Part shown: positions 32,597 to 44,625 of the stretch, one piece after another
How the letters are laid out: every line of letters begins with the position of its first letter
How positions within the stretch are numbered: position 1 is the first letter of the stretch
Source of the DNA: Acetobacteraceae bacterium
GTDB lineage: Bacteria > Pseudomonadota > Alphaproteobacteria > Acetobacterales > Acetobacteraceae
DNA: 64,000 nt
Direction: 5' to 3'
Assembly: GCA_027451405.1 (NCBI GenBank)
Contig: DAIDJM010000024.1
Location: 1,411-65,410 of the forward strand
The notes under the pieces: model-generated
What the model saw: only the letters and a program-made list of their open reading frames with translations
What the model was told of the DNA's origin: nothing
The model's database searches: none
Translations under genes and position numbers: made by a program

Positions 32597-34788
32597 AGGG
32601 TGGCGAGGGCGAGGCCGAGCGCGCCGGCGGCGGCGGCGAGCCAGGCCCAGAGCGCGCCTGGTGGGGCGTAGGCGAAAGCGATGTGCGATCGGCCGGCGGG
32701 CAGGTCGAGGGTCTGGAACAGGTCTTGCGTGCCGAGCGGGGTGGGTTGGCCGTTGATGCGGGCGGTCCAGCCGGGCCAGGCGAGTTCGCGGCGGATGAGT
32801 GTCGCGGGTTGTGGGCAATCGGTGACGATGTCGGTGCGGGAGCCGGCGATGTGGCAGCCGGGCGCGGTCCAGTAGGGTGCCGGATCGGGCAGTTGCCAGA
32901 TCGACATGACGCTGTCGCTGAAGACGAGCGGGAGCGCGATCGACGGCATTATGCCGGGATAAGTCAGGATATAGCGGACGCCGGCGTCGCGCAGCGCGGG
33001 CGCGATGCGGGGCAGGGTCGCGAGATCGCGGGTGGCGAATTGGAAATTGATGCCGTCGCTGCGGGGCATGAAACGCGCATGCACCGCATCGACCCAGTTT
33101 TGCGGCAGGGGCAGATAATTGTGATTGATCTCCGGCACGCCGAACATGGCGCCGTAATTGGCCCAGAACGGGCTGAAGGTGGCGATCCGGGAAAGGCCGG
33201 TGTGGGCTTGCAGGAAGCGGATCGCCTCGGTGTCGACGCGGGCGCCGTGCGGGCCGGCGAGAAGCGCGATCATCGGAATGGCCAGCGCCTGGGCACCGAG
33301 CGCGGCGACGAGCGAAGCTGTGCGGGGTGGAGCCGCGGGGCGCCGGGTGAGAAGATACGCGGCAAGAACAAGTCCCAGGGATAGCAGGATCGAGCCGGCG
33401 GCGAGCGCGTGGGGGGCGGCTGCGATTTGCGGCGCGGACCAGACCAGGGACAGGGCGGCGAGCGGGGCCAGGAAAAGAAGCGGGATGGTCCAGTTTGGGC
33501 GGACGCCTTCCCGCCAGTCCTGAAGCGTGAGGGAAGTCAGAATGGCGGCGGCCATCGACCAGCTCGGCATCATGTAGAGATGGATTGCGGCCTCGTGGAG
33601 CAGCGGGAGGTGCGCGAACAACGCGGTCGTGGGCGGGAAACGTACGGCGCGACTGCCTGTGAGCAGAATCCAGCCGAACAAGGTCCAGCGCAGGGCATTG
33701 TCGGGGCCGCGGCGCCGCAGCGCGGCGAGCGCCAGACAGGCCGGGAGCAGCGGGACCGTGCCGCCGAGCCGATACCAAGCGGCCGAACCATCTATGTGCT
33801 GGAGGTGGGTCGCGAGCAGGCCGCCCTGACTGTAGGGAAAGAGCATCAGGCCGGCGACGCCGGCCCGCCAGCCACCGCCCACGAGGCTGCCGTGCCATCC
33901 CAGGAATTCGCGGGGCAGGGCCTCGAGGAAGGACCAGATGGCGGGGGCGGCGAGCAGCAGGCCGCAGAGCGTGGCGGCGCCGGCACGCCAGGCATAGGCC
34001 AGGCGGGCGCCCCGGGCCTGCCATAGGCGGAGCGTGGCCCAGAGTCCGGCGAAGGCGAGGTCGAGCGCCGCGGTTTCGGGGAAGCCGGCGAGGAAGGTCC
34101 AGGCGGTGCCGAGGATCAGCGCGGGCGGGACGGTTCGCCAAACGGATGGGGTCTGGGGCCTTCCGGCCCCAGTGGGGTCCAGGGGCAAAGCCCCTGGCCG
34201 CCGGAGGCGCGGGGGGGCCCGCTCCGGGTCGCGGGCCTGTTCGAGGCCGAGCAGCATGAGCGGCAGGAAGGCGACCGGCAGGATCGGGCCGTGGGCGAAC
34301 CAGGCGAAGGTGCCGTTCAGCTCGAACAGGATGGCGCCGGCGAGCGCCGGGGCGCGGGCGAGGCCGAGGCGGCGCAGCAGGGCCAGTGTGAAGAAGCCGG
34401 CCAGCGCCATCAGGATCATGCGCAGCAGCAGCAGGCCGTGCGGCAGCGCCAGCAGCAGACCGAAGGGGAGGAAGAAGGCGGTGGTCTGGCCTTCGGCGGC
34501 GAGCGGCAGGCCGATACCGGAATAGGGGTTCCACCAGGGGACGATGCCGGAGAGCCAGTCGCGGGCGGCGAGCGCGCCGAGCGCTTCGGTGGTGACGCCG
34601 GCATTGCCGTCGATCCAGGGCAGGCCGGCGAGGAGGCCCGGGCTGCCGGGCGTGACGAGGCCGGAGACGGAATAGATCGGGTCGAAACGGAACATTCCGC
34701 TGAGCGCCGGCAGGTGGGCGGCGACCGGCAGGAGGGCCAGCAGCAGCCAGACGGGGGCGTCTTGGCGCCAGGATCGGCCCGAACTCAT
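32470..34788 (-). CDS. Large polytopic membrane protein (YfhO/GT-C-like, putative) carrying an in-frame REP-A copy
   Basis: ATG at 34788: MSSGRSWRQDAPVWLLLALLPVAAHL..., then ...VPWWNPYSGIGLPLAAEGQTTAFF... and many hydrophobic segments. REP-A copy A14 is translated as ...PPRLRRPGALPLDPTGAGRPQTPS... The 3' end overlaps the pirin gene by 127 nt. Confidence 0.65.
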   Translation of the reverse strand: MSSGRSWRQDAPVWLLLALLPVAAHLPALSGMFRFDPIYSVSGLVTPGSPGLLAGLPWIDGNAGVTTEALGALAARDWLSGIVPWWNPYSGIGLPLAAEGQTTAFFLPFGLLLALPHGLLLLRMILMALAGFFTLALLRRLGLARAPALAGAILFELNGTFAWFAHGPILPVAFLPLMLLGLEQARDPERAPPRLRRPGALPLDPTGAGRPQTPSVWRTVPPALILGTAWTFLAGFPETAALDLAFAGLWATLRLWQARGARLAYAWRAGAATLCGLLLAAPAIWSFLEALPREFLGWHGSLVGGGWRAGVAGLMLFPYSQGGLLATHLQHIDGSAAWYRLGGTVPLLPACLALAALRRRGPDNALRWTLFGWILLTGSRAVRFPPTTALFAHLPLLHEAAIHLYMMPSWSMAAAILTSLTLQDWREGVRPNWTIPLLFLAPLAALSLVWSAPQIAAAPHALAAGSILLSLGLVLAAYLLTRRPAAPPRTASLVAALGAQALAIPMIALLAGPHGARVDTEAIRFLQAHTGLSRIATFSPFWANYGAMFGVPEINHNYLPLPQNWVDAVHARFMPRSDGINFQFATRDLATLPRIAPALRDAGVRYILTYPGIMPSIALPLVFSDSVMSIWQLPDPAPYWTAPGCHIAGSRTDIVTDCPQPATLIRRELAWPGWTARINGQPTPLGTQDLFQTLDLPAGRSHIAFAYAPPGALWAWLAAAAGALGLALATLYSGSGMNSWSSAWGSRIRPARQSARACAIRSREDETKFHST
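34148..34208 (+). repeat. REP-A copy A14 (forward on + strand) inside the membrane-protein CDS
   Basis: GGGGTCTGGGGCCTTCCGGCCCCAGTGGGGTCCAGGGGCAAAGCCCCTGGCCGCCGGAGGC. Confidence 0.9.
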
Positions 34789-34867
34789 GGCTGTATCCCC
34801 CGTGCCGGCGGCGTCCGCGCTGGACAGGGCACGGCAGCGTCGCCATACTCCATTCGCTTCACTGACC

Positions 34868-35070
34868 CCAAGCGGGAGAGCAGCGGCCGCGAGCCGCCGC
34901 CGAAGGCGCAACCGGCCCCCGGAAACGCTCAGGCAAAAGGACCGCTCGATAGGGGTCGAGGCCTCTGGAAAGCCGGCGCCGGTTTGGCGCCGCACCGAAG
35001 GAGTAAGGGCGCACCCGGGGCCAGACACATGCCCGGGCACGCTCGAATCTCTCAGGTTCACGGACAGAGG
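34868..35070 (+). promoter_or_regulatory. Tandem glycine riboswitch (two aptamers) in the gcvT leader
   Basis: Aptamer 1 reads GGGAGAG...CCGAAGGCGCAA...CTCAGGCAAAAGGACC. Aptamer 2 reads CTCTGGAAAG...CACCGAAGGAGTAAG...CTCAGGTTCACGGACAGAGG. It lies immediately upstream of gcvTHP. Confidence 0.85.
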
Positions 35071-35135
35071 GGGGTCGGCTGTCGCCGGGTGACCGGCATT
35101 CGCTGACCCGGAGCCGTTCCCTGTCCGATTCGCCA

Positions 35136-36212
35136 TTGAAACTGTCGCCGCTCGATACGCTGCACCGCCGGCTCGGCGGGCGCATGGTCGGGTTCGCGGG
35201 CTGGTCGCTGCCGGTGCAGTATGAAGGTGCGCTCGCGGAACATCGGGCGGCGCGCACGCAGGCGGCGTTGTTCGATGTCTCGCATATGGGGCAGGTGACG
35301 CTGCGCGTGACGGCCGGGGAGATCGAGACGCTCGTGCCGGGCGATATCGCGGGGCTCGCACCGGGGCGGCAGCGCTACACGCTGCTGCTGAACGAGGCCG
35401 GCGGGATCCTCGACGACGTGATGGTGGCGCATTGGCCGGACGGTTTCGTGATGATCGTCAACGCGGCGCGGGCGGCTGCCGATCTCGCGCATCTGCGGCA
35501 GGCGTTCGGCGATGCGGCGGTGGAACATGGCGAGGGGCGCGCGCTGCTCGCGCTGCAGGGGCCCGAGGCCGCTGCGGTGATGGCGCGGCATGCGCCGGCC
35601 GCGGTGGCGCTGCCGTTCCTGGGGCTGGCCGAGGTGGCGATCGCGGGTGTCGCGTGCCGGGTGAGCCGGTCGGGCTATACCGGTGAGGACGGGTTCGAGA
35701 TTGCCTGCGCGGGCGAGGGGGCGGTGGCGGTCGCGGAGGCGCTGCTGGCCGAGCCCGAGGTTTTGCCGGCCGGACTTGCGGCGCGGGATACGCTGCGGCT
35801 CGAGGCGGGACTTTGCCTCTATGGCAACGATATCGACGAGGTGACGACGCCGGTGGAGGCGGGGCTTGCCTGGACGATCGGCAAGCGGCGGCGGGCGGCG
35901 CGCGATTTTCCCGGCGCCGAGCCGATCGCGGACCAGCTCGCGCAGGGTGCGCCGCGCTGCCGCGTGGGACTCCGGCCCGAGGGACGGGCGATCGCGCGGG
36001 GCGGGGCGGCCATTGCGGCGCCGGATGGGAGCGAGGCGGGAATCGTGACCTCGGGCGGCTTCGCGCCGAGCTTGGGCGGCCCGATTGCCATGGGTTACGT
36101 TCGCCGCGACCTCGCGGTCCCCGGCACGGCGCTCGGGATCGAGGTCCGGGGGCAACGTCTGCCGGCGCAGGTGGTGGCGCTGCCCTTCGTTCCCCATCGC
36201 TTTGCCCGTTAG
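35136..36212 (+). CDS. gcvT: Glycine cleavage system aminomethyltransferase T
   Basis: FAGWSLPVQYEGALAEHRAARTQAALFDVSHMGQV and SRSGYTGEDGFEI. Confidence 0.95.
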   Translation: MKLSPLDTLHRRLGGRMVGFAGWSLPVQYEGALAEHRAARTQAALFDVSHMGQVTLRVTAGEIETLVPGDIAGLAPGRQRYTLLLNEAGGILDDVMVAHWPDGFVMIVNAARAAADLAHLRQAFGDAAVEHGEGRALLALQGPEAAAVMARHAPAAVALPFLGLAEVAIAGVACRVSRSGYTGEDGFEIACAGEGAVAVAEALLAEPEVLPAGLAARDTLRLEAGLCLYGNDIDEVTTPVEAGLAWTIGKRRRAARDFPGAEPIADQLAQGAPRCRVGLRPEGRAIARGGAAIAAPDGSEAGIVTSGGFAPSLGGPIAMGYVRRDLAVPGTALGIEVRGQRLPAQVVALPFVPHRFAR

Positions 36213-36221
36213 AGGACCGCC

Positions 36222-36595
36222 ATGGCAGAGATCCGCTATACGAAAGACCATGAATGGGTGCGCCTCGAAGAGGATGGCACGCTGACGATCGGCATCACCG
36301 ATCACGCGCAGGAGGCGCTCGGCGACATCGTGTTCGTCGAATTGCCGGCCGTGGATCGCGAGGTGGCGGAAGGCGAATCCTGCGCGACCGTGGAGAGCAC
36401 GAAGGCGGCGAACGACGTGTTCGCGCCGCTCGCCGGGCGCATCGCCGAAGTGAACGAGGCGATCGTCGAGGATCCCGGGCTGATCAATCGCGATCCGGCC
36501 GGCGAAGGCTGGTTCTGGCGCATGGAACCGGAAGACGACGCGCAGTTTGAGCAGCTCCTCGATGAGGAGAGCTACGAGGCATTCCTGGAGACTCT

Positions 36596-36599
<4 letters not shown>
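36222..36599 (+). CDS. gcvH: Glycine cleavage system H protein
   Basis: [11 protein letters not shown] and the lipoyl-Lys motif VESTKAAND. Confidence 0.95.
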
Positions 36600-39466
<2,867 letters not shown>

Positions 39467-39475
39467 GGGAAGGTT

Positions 39476-39593
39476 GTTCTTTTTTTGAAAAAAAAGAACC
39501 AAAAAAACTTTCTCGTATTTGGAAGGTGCTGGTTCCGGCCTCGATCTAATACGAGAAAAAGTCTTTTTGCTTCTTTTTCTTCAGAAAAAGAAG
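39476..39593 (+). repeat. ATR-C copy C3
   Basis: Hairpin A GTTCTTTTTTTGAAAAAAAAGAAC begins 9 nt after the gcvP stop. The core stem is CTCGTATT...AATACGAG. Hairpin B is CTTCTTTTTCTTCAGAAAAAGAAG. Confidence 0.85.
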
Positions 39594-39600
39594 AATCCTT

Positions 39601-40335
39601 TCACTTCCCTTTCAACGGCTCATCAAAAATCGCACCATCGAGCTTCGCCCCCGTGAAATCGGTTCCGGTCAGATAGGCGCCGGTGAAGTCCGCGTGCGTC
39701 AGGTTGGCGTTGCGGAAGGTGGCGTGTTCGAGGTGGGCGTAGCGGAACGTGTTGCGGCCGAGATCGGCGCCGGTGAAATCGGCGTTTTCCAGGTGGGCGC
39801 TGTCGAATTCGCTGCGGAGCAGGCCCATCGACTGGTTGGCCATGTTCACGCCGTATCGGGCACCGCGGAGATTGGCGCCGCGCATATCGTCGAAACTGTA
39901 ATGGATGGTGCCGCTGGTGTCGGAGAGGTCGGCGGCGACGAAACTGGCGGCGAGGTCGGGCTGATTTTCCATGCCGTAGGATGTGACGATGGTGGGCATC
40001 TGGGCGGCGTGGAGGTTGGCGTGGTCGAAGCGGGCGCGCATGATCCACACGCCGCGGAGATTGGCGCCGCGGAGATTGGCGCCGGTGAGGTCGGCGCCCA
40101 CGAGTTTCACGCGGTAGAGGTTGGCGCCGGCGAGGTTGGCGCGCGAGAGGTTGGCGCCGGAGAAATCGAGGCCGGTGAGGTCGGCGCCGGCGAGGTTCTG
40201 GCCGGAAAAGTCGCGGTCGCCGGTGGCGAGACGGTGGCGGACGGCGTCGCCCGTGAGCGGAGACGGGGCGGCGGCGGTCAGCAGGGCGAGGCTCAGGACC
40301 ATCCAGGGGCGGAATGTCGGGCCAGCGTTCGCCAT
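39601..40335 (-). CDS. Secreted pentapeptide-repeat protein
   Basis: MANAGPTFRPWMVLSLALLTAAAPS (signal-like), then tandem A(N/D)LxG-type pentapeptides: ANLSRANLAGANLYRVKLVGADLTGANLRGANLRG. Confidence 0.8.
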   Translation of the reverse strand: MANAGPTFRPWMVLSLALLTAAAPSPLTGDAVRHRLATGDRDFSGQNLAGADLTGLDFSGANLSRANLAGANLYRVKLVGADLTGANLRGANLRGVWIMRARFDHANLHAAQMPTIVTSYGMENQPDLAASFVAADLSDTSGTIHYSFDDMRGANLRGARYGVNMANQSMGLLRSEFDSAHLENADFTGADLGRNTFRYAHLEHATFRNANLTHADFTGAYLTGTDFTGAKLDGAIFDEPLKGK

Positions 40336-40418
40336 GGCGGTTCCTGCCTCCGGGGTTGGCCGCGATCTTATAGCCCGGCGCGCGGCCGGGCCCAAGGAAG
40401 CCGTGCCGTTTCGGCATA

Positions 40419-40973
40419 TTGCCCCGGGGTTCCGCCCGGTTAGGTGTGGGCCGGACCCGCCATCGGCGCGGGCTTGAGTGGATATCCGGCTTGGAGTCGT
40501 TCGATGAACTCGGCTCGTGGGCCAGCTCCTGGTTCTGCGGCATCGGCCTCATTCTTGCCTGCGTGATGCTGCATGTCTCGGGATTGATCCTGATCGATCT
40601 CCGGGTCGTTACAAAAGTAGAGCGAAGACTTCCGCCCTGGGCCGGTCATGCGCGGGCGCCCGTGATCACCAGCGCGGTGATCCTGATGCTGACCGTGCTG
40701 CACGGGCTCGAGGCGTTTCTGTGGGCGCTTGCCTACCGGCTCCTGGGCGCGCTCCCGCACCTGCATGGCGCGATCCTGTTTTCGCTCGGCGCGCTCACTA
40801 CGTATGGCAACTCCGATATCGACATCGTCGAGCATTGGCGGCTGCTCGGCGCGCTCGAGGCGCTGAACGGTTCCTTGCTGTTCGGATTGTCGACCGCTTT
40901 CGTCTTTTCGGTGCTGGTGCGGAATTGGGCGTTCGATCGGGTGGCCGTCCGGCAGACCGGGGAGGGCGGATAG
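40419..40973 (+). CDS. Small 2-TM ion-channel-like protein with a degenerate K+ selectivity filter (start uncertain)
   Basis: TM1 is VITSAVILMLTVLHGLEAFLWALAY. The pore-helix and filter region reads AILFSLGALTTYGNSDI (canonical T(V/I)GYGD). TM2 is LNGSLLFGLSTAFVFSVLV. Confidence 0.5.
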   Translation: MPRGSARLGVGRTRHRRGLEWISGLESFDELGSWASSWFCGIGLILACVMLHVSGLILIDLRVVTKVERRLPPWAGHARAPVITSAVILMLTVLHGLEAFLWALAYRLLGALPHLHGAILFSLGALTTYGNSDIDIVEHWRLLGALEALNGSLLFGLSTAFVFSVLVRNWAFDRVAVRQTGEGG

Positions 40974-41085
40974 GACCGCCGGGCGGTGCCGAAAGCGCAT
41001 AGTCCGGTGTGCGGCGCGCGCCCTACCGTTTCGCGCGAGGCTGCCGTGCTGTCGGCGCCGGCCTGTGTGACGGCGTCCGGAAGGG

Positions 41086-42780
41086 ATGGTGATGACCGGC
41101 GCGGAATTCGCGGTTCCCGAGTCGCGCGTGACCGAGAGGCGCCGGCGGATTCCGGTCATCTGGATCATTCCGCTGCTGGCGATCGCGATCGGGATTTATC
41201 TCGCCTGGGATACGTATTCGAAGGAGGGGCCGACGCTCACCCTGTCCTTCAAGGCGGCGGAGGGGCTCAAGACCGGCGAGTCCGCGCTCAAATTCAAGGG
41301 AATCACGATCGGCACCGTGCAGCGGCTGGATTTCTCGCCGGATCACAGCCGGGTGCTGGTGAGGGTGGCGACGACCAGCGCGATCCGCAACCTGCTCAGC
41401 GACGACAGCGTGTTCTGGGTGGTGAAGCCGGAATTGTTCGCGGGCAGCCTGCGCGGCATCGGGACGCTGCTTTCGGGTCCGTATATCGAGATGCGCCCCG
41501 GCACCTCGGCGCGGCATGGGCGCACGCATTTCGTGGGCCTCGAGGATCCGCCCGTGATGGAGGCCGATGTTCCGGGAACGACCTATCTCGTCCGGGCGGC
41601 CAAGCTCGCGTCGATTTCGCTCGGCTCGCCGGTTTTCTATCGTGACCTTTCGGTGGGCCAGGTGCTGGGCTGGGATCTCGGTGACATGGCGGACAGCGCC
41701 ACGCTGCATGTTTTCGTGCGCAAGCCGTTCGACCAGTATGTGAACAGCTCCACGCGGTTCTGGGCGGCATCGGGGATCAAGGTGGATATGAGCGGTGCGG
41801 GGCTCAGCATCGAGGTCGAGTCGCTGAAGGCGATTCTGCTCGGCGGCATCGCCTTCGAGACGCTCGATCAGAGCGCGCCGCCGGCCGCGGCACGCCGCAC
41901 GATGTTTCCGCTCTATGCCGATCGCGAGGCGGCGGATGCGGCGTCGTTCCGGCGCAGCATACGGTGCGTCGCCTATTTCAGCGGATCGGTGCGCGGCGTG
42001 GCGCCCGGCAGCGAGGTGACGCTGCACGGGTTCAAGGTCGGCCACGTGACCTCGGTGGCGGTGACCTACGATCCGGACAAGCAGGATTTCATCGCCCCGG
42101 TGGAATTCGAGGTGCAGCCCGAACGGATCATCGGCGTCGGCAAGCGGGCCTACGCGACGCCCGAGCAGGGCATGCAGGTTCTTCTCGATCGCGGTCTGCG
42201 GGCCAGTCTGCAGAGCACCAGCCTGATCACCGGCCAGATGTCGCTGGTGCTGGCACTGGTCAAGGATGTTCCGGTCGAGAAGATGGTGCAACGAAATGGC
42301 CGGTTCGTGATTCCCGCGGTCAACGAGGGCGGGCTGAGCGGGATCGAATCGGGGGCGACCGCGTTGCTCACCAAGGTGAATACGATTCCGTTCGACAAGA
42401 TCGGGCAGGATGTCGCGGCCATTGTCCGCAATTTCGACACGCTGACGAGCGGGCCGCAGCTCGAGCGTTCGCTGAGTGCGCTGACTGCGACGCTCGCGAG
42501 CGCGCGGGATGTGATGGGCGGGCTGAAATCCAGTTCGGGTCCGGCGTTCAAGCGGCTGCCGCAGATCGCACTCGATCTGGAAGGGACGCTGGACAACACC
42601 AACCGGCTCATGCTCGGGCTGAACACCGGCTATGGCGACCGCGCGAAATTCGCGCGCGATCTGAGCCGGCTGATGACCGAACTCACCGATGCGGTCCGGT
42701 CGATCCGGGCGCTCGCGGATCTGCTGGCGTCGCATCCCGATGCCCTGATCCGCGGCCGCACCGCGGCGGGGGCGGAATGA
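41086..42780 (+). CDS. pqiB: PqiB-like MCE-domain intermembrane transport protein
   Basis: N-terminal anchor IPVIWIIPLLAIAIGIYLAW, then repeated MCE-like segments (LKFKGITIGTVQRL..., VTLHGFKVGHVTSV...). Confidence 0.8.
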   Translation: MVMTGAEFAVPESRVTERRRRIPVIWIIPLLAIAIGIYLAWDTYSKEGPTLTLSFKAAEGLKTGESALKFKGITIGTVQRLDFSPDHSRVLVRVATTSAIRNLLSDDSVFWVVKPELFAGSLRGIGTLLSGPYIEMRPGTSARHGRTHFVGLEDPPVMEADVPGTTYLVRAAKLASISLGSPVFYRDLSVGQVLGWDLGDMADSATLHVFVRKPFDQYVNSSTRFWAASGIKVDMSGAGLSIEVESLKAILLGGIAFETLDQSAPPAAARRTMFPLYADREAADAASFRRSIRCVAYFSGSVRGVAPGSEVTLHGFKVGHVTSVAVTYDPDKQDFIAPVEFEVQPERIIGVGKRAYATPEQGMQVLLDRGLRASLQSTSLITGQMSLVLALVKDVPVEKMVQRNGRFVIPAVNEGGLSGIESGATALLTKVNTIPFDKIGQDVAAIVRNFDTLTSGPQLERSLSALTATLASARDVMGGLKSSSGPAFKRLPQIALDLEGTLDNTNRLMLGLNTGYGDRAKFARDLSRLMTELTDAVRSIRALADLLASHPDALIRGRTAAGAE

Positions 42781-43397
42781 TGGCGATGCTCACGCGCCGA
42801 GGCCTCGGGTTGCTGGCGGCGGGCGGCGCGCTCGCCGGTTGCGGGTCGGTGAAGCCCAATCTCTATGCGGTGTCGGTGGTGCCGGGGCCGGCGCTCGGGG
42901 GCGGGCCGGGGATCGTGGAGCTGCGCCAGGTCGGGCTCGCGCGCTATCTCGACCGGCAGTCGATCGTGCAGTCTTCGGCGGGGTACCGTTTCACCCTGGA
43001 GTCGAACGATTGGTGGGGCGAGGCGCTCGGGCCGATGCTCACGCGGGTGCTTGCGCAGGAGCTCGGGCAGCGGCTGCCGGGGACCGCCGTGTTCGCCGAA
43101 ACCGGCGTGGTGGTGCCGGCACCGGATGCGACGCTCACCGTGAACATCACTCAGCTCGATCAGGATGGCGGCGGTATGCTGGTGCTGCTCGCGCAGGCGC
43201 AGGTGGAACGGAGCGACGCGCCGCCGATCGTGCGTAGTTTTGCGTTTCGCGTGCCGGTGGCGAATGCCACGACGCTCGCGCATGTCGAGGCGGTGAGTGC
43301 CGCGATCGGACAGTTGGCGGATGGGACCGCCGCGATGCTGCGGCAGGCGCGGAGCGCGCTTTCTTCCACTCCCCGCTCTCGTGCTGCAAGCTTGTGA
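42777..43397 (+). CDS. pqiC: PqiC/YmbA-like auxiliary lipoprotein
   Basis: ATGA overlap with pqiB. Lipobox GALAGCGS. Motif ...LRQVGLARYLDRQSIV.... Confidence 0.7.
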   Translation: MMAMLTRRGLGLLAAGGALAGCGSVKPNLYAVSVVPGPALGGGPGIVELRQVGLARYLDRQSIVQSSAGYRFTLESNDWWGEALGPMLTRVLAQELGQRLPGTAVFAETGVVVPAPDATLTVNITQLDQDGGGMLVLLAQAQVERSDAPPIVRSFAFRVPVANATTLAHVEAVSAAIGQLADGTAAMLRQARSALSSTPRSRAASL

Positions 43398-44622
43398 ATG
43401 TTGCGGACGCTTGCAGCGTGTGCCCGCGCTGGCGCCGGGCACGGCTGCGCTCTGCTCGCGTTGTGGGGTGACGTTGCGGCGCGGACGCCGCGATCCGATC
43501 GAGCGCAGTCTCGCCTTGAGTGTCGGGGCGCTCGTTCTGCTCATCATCGTTTGCCTGACGACCATGATGCGGGTGGAGGCCAGCGGAATTTCCGCGCAGG
43601 CCGGGCTGTTTTCGGGACCGGAGGAGCTCACCCGGCGCGGCATGCCGGAACTGGCCGCGGCGGTGCTGTTCACGACCGTGCTCGCACCGTTCGCGAAACT
43701 GATCGGCACGATCGTGGTGCTGGCGGGATTGCGGGCGGCGCATCCGCCGCGGCATCTGCGCCGTGTCTTCGTCTGGGTGGAGCGGCTCGGTCCCTGGTCG
43801 ATGATCGAGGTATTCGTCTTCGGCGTTTTCGTCGCCTACGTGAAGCTGGGCGGATTGGTCAGGATCACGCTCGAGAACGGCGTTTTCGCGCTGCTGGCGC
43901 TGACGGTCACGATGATCTGGGCGGACGCGGCGCTCGACCGCGAGGCGGTGTGGGAGGCGCTCGAGCGGATCGAGCCGGATGGAATCCCGCCGCTCCCACC
44001 GCACGTGCTGGCCTCGGGAGAGGTGGTGGCTTGCGAAACATGCGGGCTGGTGCAGGCATCGGATCACCGGCAATGCCTGCGCTGCGGCTCGGCGCTGCAT
44101 GAGCGCAAGCCCGACAGCATCGCGCGTTGCTGGGCGCTGCTGATTGCCGCCGCCGTGATGTATGTGCCGGCCAATTTCTATCCCGTGCTCAGCGTGGTGC
44201 AGAACGGCGCCGGCGCGCCGAGCACGATACTCGGCGGCGTCGAGGAATTGCTGGCCTCGCATATGTATCCGCTGGCGGCGCTGGTGTTCTTCGCCAGCAT
44301 CCTGGTGCCGCTCGTCAAGATCATCGGGCTTGCGGCGATGCTGATCATGACGCAGATGGGCTGGACCGCGTCGCTCAGGCAGCGGACACGGCTCTATCTG
44401 TTCGTCAACTGGATCGGCCGCTGGTCGATGATCGATATTTTCATGGAGGCGCTGCTGGGCGCGCTGGTGCGGTTCGGGGCGGTGGTGACGATCGAGCCGG
44501 GGATCGGGGCGGTGGCTTTCTGCTCGGTGGTGATCCTCACCATGCTGGCAGCGGAAAGTTTCGATCCCCGCCTGATGTGGGACGGCGTGCCGGCGGGCGA
44601 GGGGGCGCTGGCGCCGGCCTGA
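43381..44622 (+). CDS. pqiA: PqiA-like paraquat-inducible membrane protein (start uncertain; track ORF begins 43297)
   Basis: Two Cys-pair modules (CECCG...CSRCG and CETCG...CLRCG), each followed by TM segments. WSMIEVF and WSMIDIF motifs are present. Confidence 0.8.
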   Translation: MLQACECCGRLQRVPALAPGTAALCSRCGVTLRRGRRDPIERSLALSVGALVLLIIVCLTTMMRVEASGISAQAGLFSGPEELTRRGMPELAAAVLFTTVLAPFAKLIGTIVVLAGLRAAHPPRHLRRVFVWVERLGPWSMIEVFVFGVFVAYVKLGGLVRITLENGVFALLALTVTMIWADAALDREAVWEALERIEPDGIPPLPPHVLASGEVVACETCGLVQASDHRQCLRCGSALHERKPDSIARCWALLIAAAVMYVPANFYPVLSVVQNGAGAPSTILGGVEELLASHMYPLAALVFFASILVPLVKIIGLAAMLIMTQMGWTASLRQRTRLYLFVNWIGRWSMIDIFMEALLGALVRFGAVVTIEPGIGAVAFCSVVILTMLAAESFDPRLMWDGVPAGEGALAPA

Positions 44623-44625
44623 GGC

